Shown piece by piece: positions 29,876-46,263 of a stretch of DNA of 64,000 nt; within the stretch, counting starts at the first letter, position 1, and each line of letters begins with the position of its first letter. A program made the translations under genes and the position numbers. The stretch lies in NCBI RefSeq assembly GCF_009914755.1, contig NC_060934.1; one strand, 5' to 3'. This DNA comes from the human T2T-CHM13v2.0 reference genome, Homo sapiens. The notes under the pieces were generated by a model. That model saw nothing but the letters and a program-made list of their open reading frames with translations. It had not been told where the DNA came from and made no database searches.

Positions 29876-30737
29876 AAATACCCCATGGTGTGGTGGTGGG
29901 CTGCAATAAGCGTTAATGTATTAAGCACTCACAGTGAGGCCCAGTACTCCATAAGCTCTCCAGAAGGCAGAGTTGTGTGGGGTGAGCTCAGACTGAAAGG
30001 CCCAGTCTGGAAGACTAGGTATGCCACTTGGGAGTGCTGAAATCTTAGGTAAGGTACCTTAATTAAGCCTTGGGTTTTTTTACCTGTACATTGGAATAAC
30101 AATAATATCTACCTTCCAAGGCTGTTCGAAATACCAAATACAAAATGTACAGGCACATAAATAATGCATTTAGGAACTGCCTTGCAAAGCCATTGAGAAT
30201 ATTAAGTGCAATCGTGTGTAAAATGTGTAACTCAGTCCTCATAGTAAGCAGTTGTGTTTTTAGCCATTCTCATTACCAAAAGAATCAGACTGCCTAAGAA
30301 TTGCTTCGTTGCATCTGTATGTTGGTCTTTCCAGCCCTTTGTTAAAGCTTCAGCAGGGACACGGCGGTAGCTGTGGAAGAAAAAGAAGTGAGAGCCGCTT
30401 GTGTCTGAGGGTCCCTTGGGAAGGTCTCAGCTGCCCGGTAGAAATGACAGTAGTTCCTCAACTGTTGTTGTCTGATACGGAATACAGCGGGCTAGGCCTT
30501 CAAGCCAGCTGACCTAGTTCATGGCCTGGTTCAGCCTTTCACTAGCTGTGGAGAAGAACTCTGGGCAAGTTCTTCCAGCTCTGTCTTAGTGTCCTAATTT
30601 TAAGAAGAGGACGCGAGAGTGCCTACCTCACAGGGTTGTAGTGAGTGCTCAGTGAGCTAATACATGTGGGTCATAACGAGTGCTCCATACTTGCTACCTC
30701 TTACTACCAGAGCCATTGAGTGGTCAACGGTACCCAC

Positions 30738-30847
30738 CTCCAACTGCTGCAAAATGATGAAAACAAATTCTCCAGTGTTGAGTCCCAGGTTTGCTGCAGC
30801 CAGAAGAATAATTTTTGCATCCTCTGAGCTGCACGTTAAGATGATAA
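30738..30847 (-). pseudogene. GUCY2GP: Exon 3
   Basis: (V)IILTCSSEDAKIILLAAANLGLNTGEFVFIILQQLE; tag| acceptor, GAG|GTGGGT donor. Confidence 0.92.
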
Positions 30848-31322
30848 CTATAAGAATGAAAACCAGAGTCCGCCAGTTGCACATGCTTGTGTATGTGTGC
30901 TTTCTCACGCATGCTCTCACTCTAAGTCTGGCCTAAAGTCACTGTAAATGAGACGTGAACTTTTTCTTTCCTTGGGCATGCCTTAAGAAACAGGAATGCC
31001 TAAACTAGTCCCTGAGTTTTTACATTCTTTAACCAAACCTGAAGTGTACAAACTAGCAGTTATAGCACTGAAGTCTTTGCTGCAGCCTCCCCACAATGTA
31101 CAAGTGAAAAAAGTTTGGGATCACCTCTGTGCTCTAGGTTTTTTTTTTCTTTTTGGCTCAAAAATCAGAACAGCAGACCTGGCTTGTGACTTGTCAGCCA
31201 CACTTCAGCTAAGAGGAGTTCACAGAGGACCTTTGGACATGTGGACTTTCAAGGGCATTTGGACTTTCTGAGTTGGGCTGGCCAGAGGGAGGAGTAGGCC
31301 ATGGTACTTTTCTGCCGTTTAA

Positions 31323-31676
<354 letters not shown>

Positions 31677-32834
31677 AGTTTTTTAAATGAAGTAATTTAT
31701 AGTCTATTTATCTGAGCTCCAATTATGTGTCAGGCACTTTGCTGGGCACAGACATAGCAGTGAACGAGCCAGCAGACAGCATACAAGTGGACAGATTAAA
31801 GAGATCATTGAAGATTCTAATTAGTGAGGTTGGAAACGGATGCTGTGATGCTAATGGGTGGGGAGGGGAAACAGCTTCACATCAAGTGGTTAGAGAAGGC
31901 CTTCCTGAGGAGGTGGGCTCTGGACCCAGTCGGCAAGGATGCAAGGATGAGAGGACGCTACCCTTAAGAAGGTGCTGGGTAGGGTGGAATGTGACTGAGA
32001 CCACATAACAATTGCCTCATTGGATCAGTGTTGGTCTTTCAAGCCCTTTATTAGAGATTCAACAGGGACACAGGGAGGTAGCTGTGGAAGAAAAACAAGT
32101 GAGAGCCACTTGTGCCTTAGAGTCCCACATTAGCATCACTGGTTGGAGTGGGTGCAGGTGACACCCTAGGCCAAGGGAGTAGAAAACCCTAAAGTCTCAG
32201 GGCTGGAGAGAGTTCAGTTTATTTGAGGAACAGAAAGGAGTCAGTTACTAATTCATGCTAGAAAGTTGAGCCTTATAGGCATCACCACAAAAATAATTGC
32301 TGTCATATGTTGACCAACTACTTGTCCAGACATGGTGCTAAGCACTTTACAGGCATAACCTTATTTAATCCTCCCCTTTCTGTGACATAGGTAGGATGGT
32401 TGTCTCCATTTTATAGAAAAGATATTTGAGATACAGAGAGATTAAGGTACTTACCCAAGGAGGACACAGCTAAAATGTCAGAGACTGGATTCAAACCTAG
32501 GTCTGTCAATCTGCAGAGCCCATGCTGTAAACAAATAGTGAAGTCCAGGACCCAGCCCACCTGTAAGATGCTTCTAGAACTTGCGCTGTGTATCATAACA
32601 CTGTAGCATGTGGGGTTTTACTTTAGACCAAAAAAAAAAACCCACAATTTTTTGTTAGTGATGTCAAGCAATAAAGGAAGTTGCTTTTATATATTATTAA
32701 TTTTGTACCTTGTTTCCATCTGCTTTTACACTCATAGAAAAGTGAAGAGTTTTTTGGGTTGTTTTTTTTTTTTTCAAATCTGCTTGTCCCATTTTTCTCT
32801 CCAAATAAAAGCAACAGAAGACTCTTCTACTTAC

Positions 32835-33167
32835 CCCTGGCAATTGATGATATCCTCCAAAGATGCTCTTGAAGAAGGACTAGACTATTGTTGGTGTATC
32901 TCATGCTGGCAGTGATGATAAAATGGGATTTGAGTTCATTCTCTACAACCCTCCACAGTTCATCCACTCCATCCCAGGAGGAAGCCCCAGAGTAGCCTCC
33001 AAACATCCCAATGTGTTTCCAGCCCAGGTACTGGAGACTTTCCTGGAGCACATCACCAATGTCCTGCTTGGGTGACACAAGTTTCACACAGGTGTCAGAC
33101 AGTTTTGTGGTTTGTCCAACAAAGTCAAACATGGGGTGTTCCACTCAGAGGCCAGCAAGCCGATAAC
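32835..33167 (-). pseudogene. GUCY2GP: Exon 2 (1-bp deletion frameshift near 33136)
   Basis: ttttcaag|GTT ATC GGC gives VIGLLASEWN, then the frame changes to PMFDFVGQ...YLGWKHIG...SSIAR; donor G|GTAAGT. Confidence 0.92.
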
Positions 33168-34230
33168 CTTGAAAATAACCCAAAGGATGTCTTTGTATAA
33201 TTGAGTTTATGTACACGCAAACCCCAGTGTGAGACATCTGCATAAACGTCAGATTCTGTGAGTCTGTGGGTCATACTGGGCCCTCGCTTTTGTAATGTTG
33301 ATGACAACGTCAGCCTCATAGAACAAAGATAACGAAAGCGAGCATCAATTGAGCACTTACTCTGTGCCGAGCACTCTAGGAGCTTACATGTGTCATTTCA
33401 ACTTTCACAACATTTCTAGGTATTATTACCCCCTCTTTAAGATAAAACAGGAAGACACAGAGATGTAAGTTACATAGCTAGCAAATAGTGGAGCAGGGTT
33501 GGAAATTAGGTAATATGGTTCCATGGCCCACAGTCATAACTACTCATTCTCTCTTTCTTAATTTCTCCTTTATTCATTTTTCATTCATTTTAATTAGGGG
33601 CCTATCACATATAAAAATCTTTGGAGACCTTGCTCTTGAAGGAGCTCATGGTTTATTACAAGAACCAAGGTATATAAAAAATAGCTTTAAGATTAAATAT
33701 ATTCTTTAAGATGCATAGATAATAGATTTATAGGCATTTAGAGAAGTAAACAATTACTTTCGATTGGGGAATTAGGGATAAGGAGGGCAGAGGTGAAGGG
33801 ATAAAGAAAGGCTCCATGACATTTGATATTAACTCTTAGACAAGTAACCCTTGAACAGATAGAAATGTGTCAGATGGGGAATTCCAGGAGAGAATGGGTC
33901 CAATTTAAATGTAAACTTAATTCTGCAGCTCCAGCTAATGATAGTTCTGCAACATTGTTGAGAGTAAGACCTGTGCTGCTCCTTCCTGTTCACCTTTTGC
34001 ATCAACACTTTTCAGGCGACATGATACTGAAGGACACCAACAAAGTTCATCCCAACAACCAAACAAAATACAAGTCATTCATTTCCCTCATTTTCTTGCT
34101 GTAGGTAAGGTAGGCTGCCATACTTGATTCTTTCTCATTGACTTGCATTATCACTGATTAATTTATTATATACGCCAAAGAAAAGCCTACTCAAACAATT
34201 GATAGTTTTCTATTTAAAACCAAGCATTTG

Positions 34231-35060
<830 letters not shown>

Positions 35061-35223
35061 TTACATAGACTAATTGCATCTCAAAAATGATATTCAAGAT
35101 CTACACGGTTATTGTTATAATAATGTGATCCTTGTCAGGAGATTACTCAAATCTGTACCATCATCTTGAAGGCCACCCCTTCCAATGGAAACTTAAAGTT
35201 TCCAGAGGCTATATATACTCTAC

Positions 35224-35607
35224 CTCAGCTGCTTCTGGGCATGCTGGTCCAAACAGGGCAGAAATCTGTTCGTTCTGGACCTGGTTGTTGAAAATAGCAA
35301 GAGACTCCTTGGTGCTGCAGGCTGAGTTGGTGTAAGTGGTGAAATTTCCAAGGTCCACTAGCTCTGAGTTGACCTTGTCCATGGCAATCTGGAGGCCTGC
35401 ACCCAGCCTTTGCATGCTGAATGGATGGGAGATGTTCCAGGGGGTCTGGAAGCCTACGGTGAGTTTAGCAGCCTCAAGGCAAGTCACCAGCACACTGGCA
35501 AAGAGCATCAGAACTAGTGTTGGGTGCTCAGCATGACATTCAATCCCTGAACAGAGCCCAGACTCAATTGGGGCCTCAAGACATGGTTTGAGAGCCATGG
35601 ATGGCAT
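35224..35607 (-). pseudogene. GUCY2GP: Exon 1: signal peptide and start of extracellular domain
   Basis: MALKPC...LVLMLFASVLVTCLEA|AKLTVGFQTPWNISHPFS...ALFGPACPEAAE. ATGs at 35607 and 35598; donor GAG|GTAGAG. Confidence 0.92.
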
Positions 35608-37908
35608 GTAACACCTGTGTCACTGCAGAACTGTGAGAGGCTCAGCCTCCTGATTACTCACGCCAGGAACTTACATGACAGTGTAGAGTTCCCCGAGGAT
35701 CACAGCTTGCTTTCTATTCAGTGCCATTAATTAACCGAAACTCTCCCTTTTCAGAGTCTGTCTTAATACCATCTAGAAGCAGCAGCCTTGCAGAAGGAGG
35801 CCAAGGCAGCTAGTCAGCAAGGTCCTGGTGATTGATCCAGTGACATCCCTGACAAACTTCACATTCCTGGGCAAGTCACATGACCCCTCTGTCCCTCTCC
35901 ACCGGTAAAATAAGAACCACAGAAATGACTCAAATGGAGTCAGATGGCCCGGGCTGGAATTCTGACTCCATCACACATTAGTTGAGTGACCTAGAACATA
36001 TTACTTCCCCTTTCTATGCCTTAATCTCCTGCTCTGTAAAACAGGGATAAAACTGTAATAAGGTCTTCCGTGAAGTGATATGGTAAAGATTAAAAGAGAT
36101 CATACAAGACTAGCCCTTGGCAAAATACCTGGGCAAAGAGAGCCAGTCCATCAGTGTTAGATTTGACAATGGTGTTGATGATGATGATGATCCCAGTAAT
36201 AGTGATAATAATTATCACTTCCTGATTCCATCTTCTAGGAAATTTTTATGAAATAAGTAAGCTTATGGCTATAAGGTTTACTGAAAGGTTGACACAGTCT
36301 GTATCCCTCACCCAGGCCTTTAGGGCGCTTGAGATTGGTTATTGATGCATGAAATACTAACCCTCCCTCTACACAGGTCAGGGCAAGGAGCTGGGGGCAG
36401 CTCTCAATTGTCTGAAATATCACAGGGATGACAGGACCCTTGAGAAGCCATTGCTACTGCCAAGTAAGATGGCCCAGCTATCAGCCAGGAAAATCCACAT
36501 GAATATAAAGGGTTGAATTCCCACCTACTGTGGGCTTGCTTTCTGATTACTCTGGCAGGGAAGGGGCTGGCATCTCACGTTCATCTCAGTATTATGTGAG
36601 CACAGTCGACTCGCTATGAGTCTCAAGTCTTGATCTAAGGACCACCTACCTCAGTCTCTCCTGATGGTTAGAAATGAAGATTCCAGGGCTTCACTCCAGA
36701 CCCTCTGAACCAGAATGTTTTGAGGTTGCTCTGGGAATCCATGTTTAACAGGTCCTCATATATCCCTAAGTACACTAAAGTATGAGAACCCCTGGCAGAC
36801 TGAAGTGAGAAGAGGGAAAGAATAGCCAATAGCTATTCTCTACTTATCTTCCTTGAGGAGCAAGCCCCCAGGATGGAATTAAGGAGACTTAGCTTTGGCT
36901 ATCTCAGAGGGCCATTTCTAAACCCATGGATTAGGGGAGTTGCTTTTCTCCAAACCAAATTCATCATAACTGCTTCTTCACTGACCTGCAGTTTCTCTGT
37001 CTCCTCTGCTAGGACGGCTTGGAGTCAATTTGCAAAATCATCTGAGTCCAAAAACTCACTGGAACCATAAGCAAAATCCCATGAATCATTTTTGGCTCAG
37101 ATGCTTACATGATGTTGGACAAGTCAGTTAAATCTGTGCCTCAGTTTCCTGAAAGTCAAAATGAGCAGAGTAACACCCCTCCTGGAAGGATGCTATAAAG
37201 ATACTGTGAGATTGCATGATTACTTAGAATGGTGCCTCACAATTATTAGGAATCAGTAAAGGAATTCTGTTAATAGATGTGTCATTGCACATGTCATGGT
37301 CTCAAAACTAGAACACTGGAAACAATATGTTATCTATGCACTTTTTGTTCCCTCCCCCACCTTCCATATGTATACTTTCTTTGATTTGTATTCCCACACT
37401 GGGTCATTTCTGATTCTTTGTGTTTACAGATTGTCTTTGTCCTGAGAATCTTTGAGCCAGGTGACTGTGTGTGTCTTTTTTGGATCCTAATATTCAGCAC
37501 AGTATTAGGCCTCTAGACAAGCAAATTAATATTAATCATAACAAGTATAAGTATTTTGTATTCTTAAATGCTTACAAGTGAGCATGGTCAAAACCAGAAG
37601 AAAATACTGATGATGTTCAGTGTTGTTGGGAGTTTAAGAAACAGACATACACTGGCTGGTAGGAATGTTCATTAACAGCAGTTCTTCAATATGCACCAAA
37701 CTTTAAGAATGTGTGCATATTGGACTCAAAACTCTAATTTGGGGGATTTATTACAAATAAATAAAATCATATGATCAGATTTAAACACAGTGTTATTTCT
37801 AACAGTCAAAATTTAGACACAAGCTTCATTGTCCAACAGAGAGACCAGGATAAATAACATGTAGTGAATTCATATGACTGAGTGGCATGCAATCACTAAA
37901 AATAATAT

Positions 37909-38320
37909 TTTATATATGTAGAAATACATATAGATATATTATGTATATTTCTATATATATTATATATATATTTCTATATATTATTATATATATATTTCTA
38001 TATATTATTATATATATATTTCTATATATATATATATTCCTGGGGGCCCTGCTGAGTGATGACAGCAAATTTCTCTTCAGTTCGGGCTTACAGGTTCCTA
38101 ATGGGAACATTCCTGAAGGTAGAGCACACCGTGTACTCACTATTCCAGAAATAAGAGCAAGTAAACGTGTCTGTGACCTGTCAGGGTGTGAACCGCAAAC
38201 ATAGATAAATATGTATCTATTTATCTATATAAATATGTATCTATGTATATCTCTATACATATATATCTATATATAAATAGATATCTATCTATATATCTAT
38301 ATATAAATATATATATATTC
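37909..38320. repeat. AT-rich microsatellite/low-complexity tract, interrupted by the 166-bp duplicate
   Basis: (TA)n-derived sequence on both sides of 38035-38200. Confidence 0.9.
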
Positions 38321-39838
38321 TCTTAGAAAGATAGCCGCAGTGTATTGCTAACTGATGAAGCACATCATACAATAATATATATTAGTATTCCATTTTGTTT
38401 TTTTTTTCAAAAGGAAAGATTACATACAACAAACCACTAAAAGTGGCTCGCTCTGTGTCATAGGAATTAGGGGTGGTTTGTCCTTGCTTTGTTTATATTA
38501 ATTTTCATTTTTTGTCTTAATCTCTTTGCAATAAGAAAGAAAAGTGAATATTTTAATTAAAAATAAACCCTACAGAATTGTACTTCTGAAGGATCAACAC
38601 AGAAGGCTAAATTCATACTGCCTTAATCGCTCAGTTCAGGAGCACCCCACACTTACAGACACCTGGCTTACCTCTGTAGGCCCTAATTATTCTCTGCTGA
38701 GCTCAGCCCCTTCCATTTCTCCATTGCCCTCAGAGACAGAGATGCAGCGGTTCAGGTAATGGCCATTATGAGCTGGAAAAGCATTGCCATTGTTACTAGC
38801 CCAATTTGTGTGATGCCTTTGATTGGCTGGAATGGAAAGCCTGAGGTTAAAACCAGGTTGGGGGGCGGTGGGTGTTGTAAGGACTGTGGCTGCTGGAGGG
38901 GGCACACTGTCCTCTATTTTGCTCCCCAGCCCTCCTTCCTTCTAGGGGATTCTTAGGCCTAGAAGTTACCCTTATGATTAGGAGAGGCCATGCTATTTCA
39001 TCGGATGGTGCTTTGGAACAGAAGTTGTCTGTGCGTGGCCAGCAGAGGTTCAAAGTGCAGCCCCCTCTGCCTGGGGTAACTCTTTAATTCCTTGCTACTT
39101 TGTCCCATCTCTGCTTCCTGAAGAGACTATTACCGAGGGAGGGTTCTTTCTGCCTGATTTGTGGCTTCCTCATTAGTGACCAGCCTAGTCTATAAACTAG
39201 ATGCAAGGCCAGCTGTTCGGCGTCCTAGGTCAGATAAGATGAGCTGTATCCAGGATGGTGGGTTTTAGTAAAACCTCTAGCAACTTTCTAGCTCTCCTTC
39301 CTCCAGCTCCCTCTTTCTGCCTGCCTCCCTTCAATTTCTAAATCAGTGGCCTGATCAAGTTTAGGTGAAAAGTAAAGGTTTGGCATGTTTGGGCTCTACT
39401 TCTCCCCCAGGGAAAAGGTGAGAGGCAGAAAAAGGTGCTTGACCTAAGTGGAATGCAATGCGATGAGCCTGTGATCACACTGGGGGAGAGGCAAAGGGAG
39501 CACCTACCGGTGCATTCCTGGAAAAGGCTTCAGCAAGTCCGTAAGACTACCTGAGCGTCAGTTTCCTTATCTGTGAAATGGGAAAAAGGCAGAGGGCAGA
39601 GAGCTCTGACCTTACCAGCCTCCTGCCCTAAGATACTAGGCCTCTGGTGGATTCCTAACAAATGGAAGACAGTATTCCTGGGGGCCCTGCTGGGTGATGA
39701 CAGCAAGTTTCTCTTCAGTTCGGGCTTACAGGTTCCTAACGGGGACATTCCTAAAGGTAGAGCACACCGCGTACTCACTATTCTAGAAATAAGAGCAAGT
39801 AAACATGGCTGTGACCTATCAGGGTGTGAACTGCAAAC
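38035..39838 (+). repeat. 166-bp dispersed direct duplication (38035-38200 and 39673-39838)
   Basis: 11 substitutions and no indels; also visible as paralogous ORFs in the track. Confidence 0.95.
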
Positions 39839-40627
39839 TTCCCCTTGTGTTCTCAGCTCTTACAAACAGCTATGGTGCCGGTTCTGAAGATGCAGCTTCT
39901 ACTAAGCAAAAGTTTGAGGAGCCAGAGGAAAGCAGAGTTAAGATCAAACTGGAAGATCATGGCTCTTAGGGCTGCAACAAAACAAAATCCCCAGGATGCA
40001 AATCCTGTCAGTAATGATGCACACAGGCACCCACGACTCCTACAAAGCTGAGGATGAGGTGTGGCCTTGGCTGACTGACAAGAACGCTCTGGTCTTGTTT
40101 CTGAAAACGTTTGTGCCAAGAGAAGAAAATTCCTCCCTCCTGGAAGCCCTGCCTGTCTCCTCTGTGCTTCAGTCATCTGCTATTTATCCTGTGTGGCTGA
40201 AACAGACTTTCTCATACCTTTGTCCTAAAGGAATGAGTCTTTGACACCTGAACAAATTTGAGGCTTTAAGCAATACTTTAAACAACGAAGTGTTCTCCCA
40301 GATATCACTATAATCTCCGGGGTAGCAGGCTAGTCTGGCCTAAATGCCAGATTTCTGAATATTTATTTCACAGTCTCTGTTCCTACTATTTCGTAGTCTC
40401 TGCTCCTCCTCCTGCCCCCATTATGCCTTGGCATGAAGAGCAAAAACTTTCAGAGGTTGTGAGGAGGAGAAGCAACCACCTGCTCCAGGTACTCAGTATT
40501 CAAAGATACGGAATGACTAACAGTGATGCCATTAATTCCAAAGCCACTTTCCATAAAATTTTAGGTTTGCCAAGACACTTTTGCTGTCATAGTGTCCCAA
40601 ACACTGAGCAAATAAAGAATGTGTCCT

Positions 40628-40935
<308 letters not shown>

Positions 40936-41899
40936 CTAATCCATCTTTCTCTGGTGATGACACACTCTTGACCCACAGAATGTTTCTCCATCTGTGTAAA
41001 TTGGCGACCTTTGTGGCACTGGGCTTGGCATCTGGCAGCTTCTTTCTGGTGGATAGCCATACATCTAAAGTGAGACAGGATGTCCCTGACTCCTCCGCCC
41101 TCTCCAGTTTCTTGTCTGGAGAAACCAGGAGCCCTCCCACTTCCTGGCATTTCCTCTCTGCTCCTGGTAAAGGCTCTTGAGCCAAGCACGTGGTGTGTCT
41201 GTCCCCAGGCTGTGAGCCCAGGGAAAGAAAGCTTGCAAGGCAGAGGATAATATCCTTAAAGGCTTGAAAAGGAGGGAGGTGCTGACATCCCCCCAGAATA
41301 CTGGTATTCCTATCTATGGCACAGGAACCCCGGCTTCTCCTACCACCTTCCTGTAGAAGGCAGTGTCGCAGAATGGCTGTAAGCACAGGTTTTGGAATGA
41401 GAAAAGCTGGCATGGACAAGTTATGTATTATCTGAACCCAATTTCCTCATTCGTAATTACTCTGACAACCTTTTGCAAGGATTAAATGAAGTAGTAAATG
41501 TAAAATACACAGCATAGTGCCTGGCATGTAACAATAGCCAGTAAGTGGTAGCAGTTTTATAATAAAGGTTTATTGCTCCAGGCAAAAGATCATAAAGTCT
41601 GTTGGATGGATTCTGTGTTGACCCTAAGGAACAAATTGCTGCTGCTGCAGAAACCAGAGGAACAGGTAAAAGATGTTGCTGGGACAGGTTTCTGAAGATG
41701 CCTGGATTTATAATTGCTAATATATACAGGCATATACATAGTTTTCAAGCATTACATGGGATGATGAAGCTCTGGCTGGTTTTTAGGGGGAAAAAAGTTC
41801 TCCCAGAACAATTACAACATGTTCATTGCTGCCACTGGGCAACACTACCTTTTGCTTATATTCTGTAGGCATTAAGTCAAAGGGCCTTTGGTTTCTTTG

Positions 41900-42110
41900 T
41901 CTTTTTTATTTTTTTTAGACTGAGTCTCACTCTGTCACCCAGGCTGGCGTGCAGTGGCGTGATCTTGGCTCACTGCAACCTCTGCCTTCCAGGTTCAAGC
42001 TATTCTCATGCCTCAGGCCAGGCTGGTCTCAAACTCCCGACCTCAAGTGACCCGCCAACCTTGGCCTCCTAAAATGCCGTGATTACTGGCGTGAGTCACC
42101 ACGCCTGGCC
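41900..42110 (-). mobile_element. Alu with internal deletion
   Basis: GCCTCA is joined directly to GGCCAGGCTGGTCTC. Confidence 0.9.
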
Positions 42111-42645
42111 AGGGCCTTTAGTTTCTAAATCAGCACTGTCCAAAAAAATAACACGAGTAACATATATTATTTAAAATTTTCTAGCACACACATTTAAAAA
42201 AGTAAAAATAGCAGTTAAGATTACTTATCAAGAGTATCCTAAATATTATAATTTCAACACATAATCAGTATTTTAAACATTGAGATTTTATGTTATTTTC
42301 TTTATACCACATCTGGAAAATTTGGTGTGTGTTTTATACTTAAACACCTCTCAATTTAGACTTGCCTCATTTCAACTGCTCAGTAGCCACGTGTAGTTAG
42401 TGGTTATAGTATTGAACAGTAAATTTTCACTCTGAGCCACCCTTTTAATCCCCTGGGAGATAGCGATGTTTCCTATGGGGTGTTGAAGGTTCTGGGAATT
42501 TCAACTTGACACCTCTCTCAGTGGCCTCAGTTCTGTCTATCTGATTCTTTAATGCTCTTTGGAAGCTCTTGCTGATAAAGGAACAAGCTGCCTACATCAT
42601 GACACTGAGAATAATATTTATTCAGCATACTTAAAGCCTGAGATG

Positions 42646-42965
<320 letters not shown>

Positions 42966-43260
42966 TCACGAGCACATCCCGAGGGTTGAGGGTGATCAGT
43001 GTCTACTGGCCCTTCCATGTGTCATGTGTCATGCCCCACCCATTGGAAAGCTCAAATCTAAGGCTGAAAGGCAATTTGCTTTGGGTGTGTGGTTCAAGAA
43101 AGGGGAGGGGTGCCTGGGGTTGGGGGAGCTTTTTATTGTAATCTGGGCAAACAACATTCTTGTCAGCCAAGTGCTCACACTTGGGTAACACTTTCTTCCC
43201 ACGAAGAGTAAGCAGGTGTTCTCAAGAGCATGCATGCCCAAGCAATTGATATCAGCAGCT

Positions 43261-43967
43261 ACAGTTAAGAGAAAGAGTTGCTGCCATCGCTGAGCTGTGG
43301 GGTCAGCTTCTTCCTCATACCCTGTGATGTTCCCATGGTGCAGGGTTCACTACAGGGCCCAGAATGGAGCTGTGAGCCCTTGCCGCATAGCAGACGGCTA
43401 AGAAGAAAGAGCTAGGGGGTCGCACAGCTGGGACCCGTGGAGCATTGGCCCCTCCAGTGAAGTGAAGCAAGGCTCTGAGTTGGTAATGGGCTCTGCAGCA
43501 GGCAGGATGTCCAGGCTGCTAGGGACCCCTTCTCGAGGGGGCCGGACCCTTGGCATCCGGTCCACATGTCTGGTATTGGGTCTGGCTTCCTGTAGGGCAA
43601 TGGGTCTTAGTTTTCTTTGAGAGACCAGTAAAAATTCTGAAAAGAAACGCATATATAAACACACCAGTTTGCTAGGGGGTCTTGGAACGGATGGTACGCA
43701 GTCACAGATATGTGCTTGGGCTCTAGACTCAAGACCACCTAAGCTCAAAATCTGACTCTGAGACTCAGCCAACTGTTAGCTGTGTACCTTGGAGGTTTAA
43801 TTAGGCTACCCCCTAGCTCTTTCTTCTTAGCCGTCTGCTATGCAGCAAGGGCTCACAGCTCCATTCCGGGCCCTGTAGTGAACCCTGCACCATGGGAACT
43901 TCATGGGGCATGAGGAAGAAGCTGACCCCACAGCTCAGCGATGGCAGCAACTCTTTCTCTTAACTGT
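43261..43967. repeat. 160-bp inverted repeat (arms 43261-43420 and 43808-43967)
   Basis: The arms are reverse complements with 6 mismatches; 387-bp spacer. Confidence 0.95.
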
Positions 43968-44775
43968 GTTACTTGGCCTCTCTTAGATTTTCCTCTCCTT
44001 CTAAATAGCAATAAAAACTTCCATAGGGCTGCTGTGTGATTAAATGCGATAGTACTTAAATGTAGTGTTGCCACCACGCGGTAGGAGCTCAGTGATGTTC
44101 GCCATCATGAAGGCCTTCAGAGAGGATCTGGCATGAAAAACTTGAATCACTGCCCTGTAAGTTGTACTTTGAGTGTCATTAGCCTTTTGAAATATCAGAT
44201 AACCAGGGAAAGGGCGAACATGAATTTCTGTGGCTGATTATGACACCCTGGTTATGAGTTAAGGGACTTCGCTCCTTCCTTCTCATATCTCAGTACACAG
44301 ATAAACTTCAGAGTCAACTCTGCCATGTGGGAAGCTAAAGGTCAGTGCAACACAGCTCTGTTTTTGCCCACTGCATGCCATCACAACCTCTGCCCTGCTA
44401 TTCAGCTAACTCCAGGAAGGGACATCTCCCCTCTTTCTTTGTGATCCATCATTGTGAAGTTAACAAGAATAGATCCAGCCCATAGCTCTAGGTCTTTGCT
44501 TCTCTTGCCTGTTGAGTCATGTTGTTTGACTTGAAAAGGCTTGACGTAGAGGTCAAAACAGCCTAAGATCCTTCCTAAATAAGTGTTTCGCGTGCTTCAC
44601 ATGTCCCAGCTACTGCAGACATCATGAGCTTTCCCTTTTCTCTCTGGTCCTCACATTTCTTCTTTGCCCTCACCAAAAATGCTTATGGTAAGCATTATTT
44701 TGTGACTGTTCCATCATCTTAATCCAGTGAAATATTCTAAAACAAAAGATCTAGAGGTTTAAGATGAATCTTCTA

Positions 44776-45982
<1,207 letters not shown>

Positions 45983-46149
45983 CGAGGGGAAAGCCTGGTT
46001 TCTGTTTCTGAAGAGTTGCCAGCCTCTGCCATTAAAGATAAAATGACTATTTCCAGGCTGTGTTACAAAACTCTAGAATGTTAGACTCTAGTATTCTAGA
46101 ACAACATTGTGTAGTACATGTGTGGTTTCTTTGGCCCTAGGAAGAGGGT

Positions 46150-46263
46150 GGGAGTGTATACAAACAGTTCCCAGCAGTGTGGTTGTGAGTATGTCAGCAT
46201 TGTAGCGGGATTGTATACAAACAGATCCCAGCAGCATGGTTGTGAGTATGTCAGCGTTGTAGC
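46150..46263 (+). repeat. 57-bp tandem duplication, 2 copies
   Basis: GGGA.TGTATACAAACAG.TCCCAGCAG..TGGTTGTGAGTATGTCAGC.TTGTAGC twice, with 5 differences. Confidence 0.92.

Noticed and set aside
38050-38120. C/D box snoRNA (GTGATGA ... CTGA) in the 166-bp duplicate
   Set aside because: No terminal stem, the D box reads CTAA in the other copy, and no host transcript is evident.
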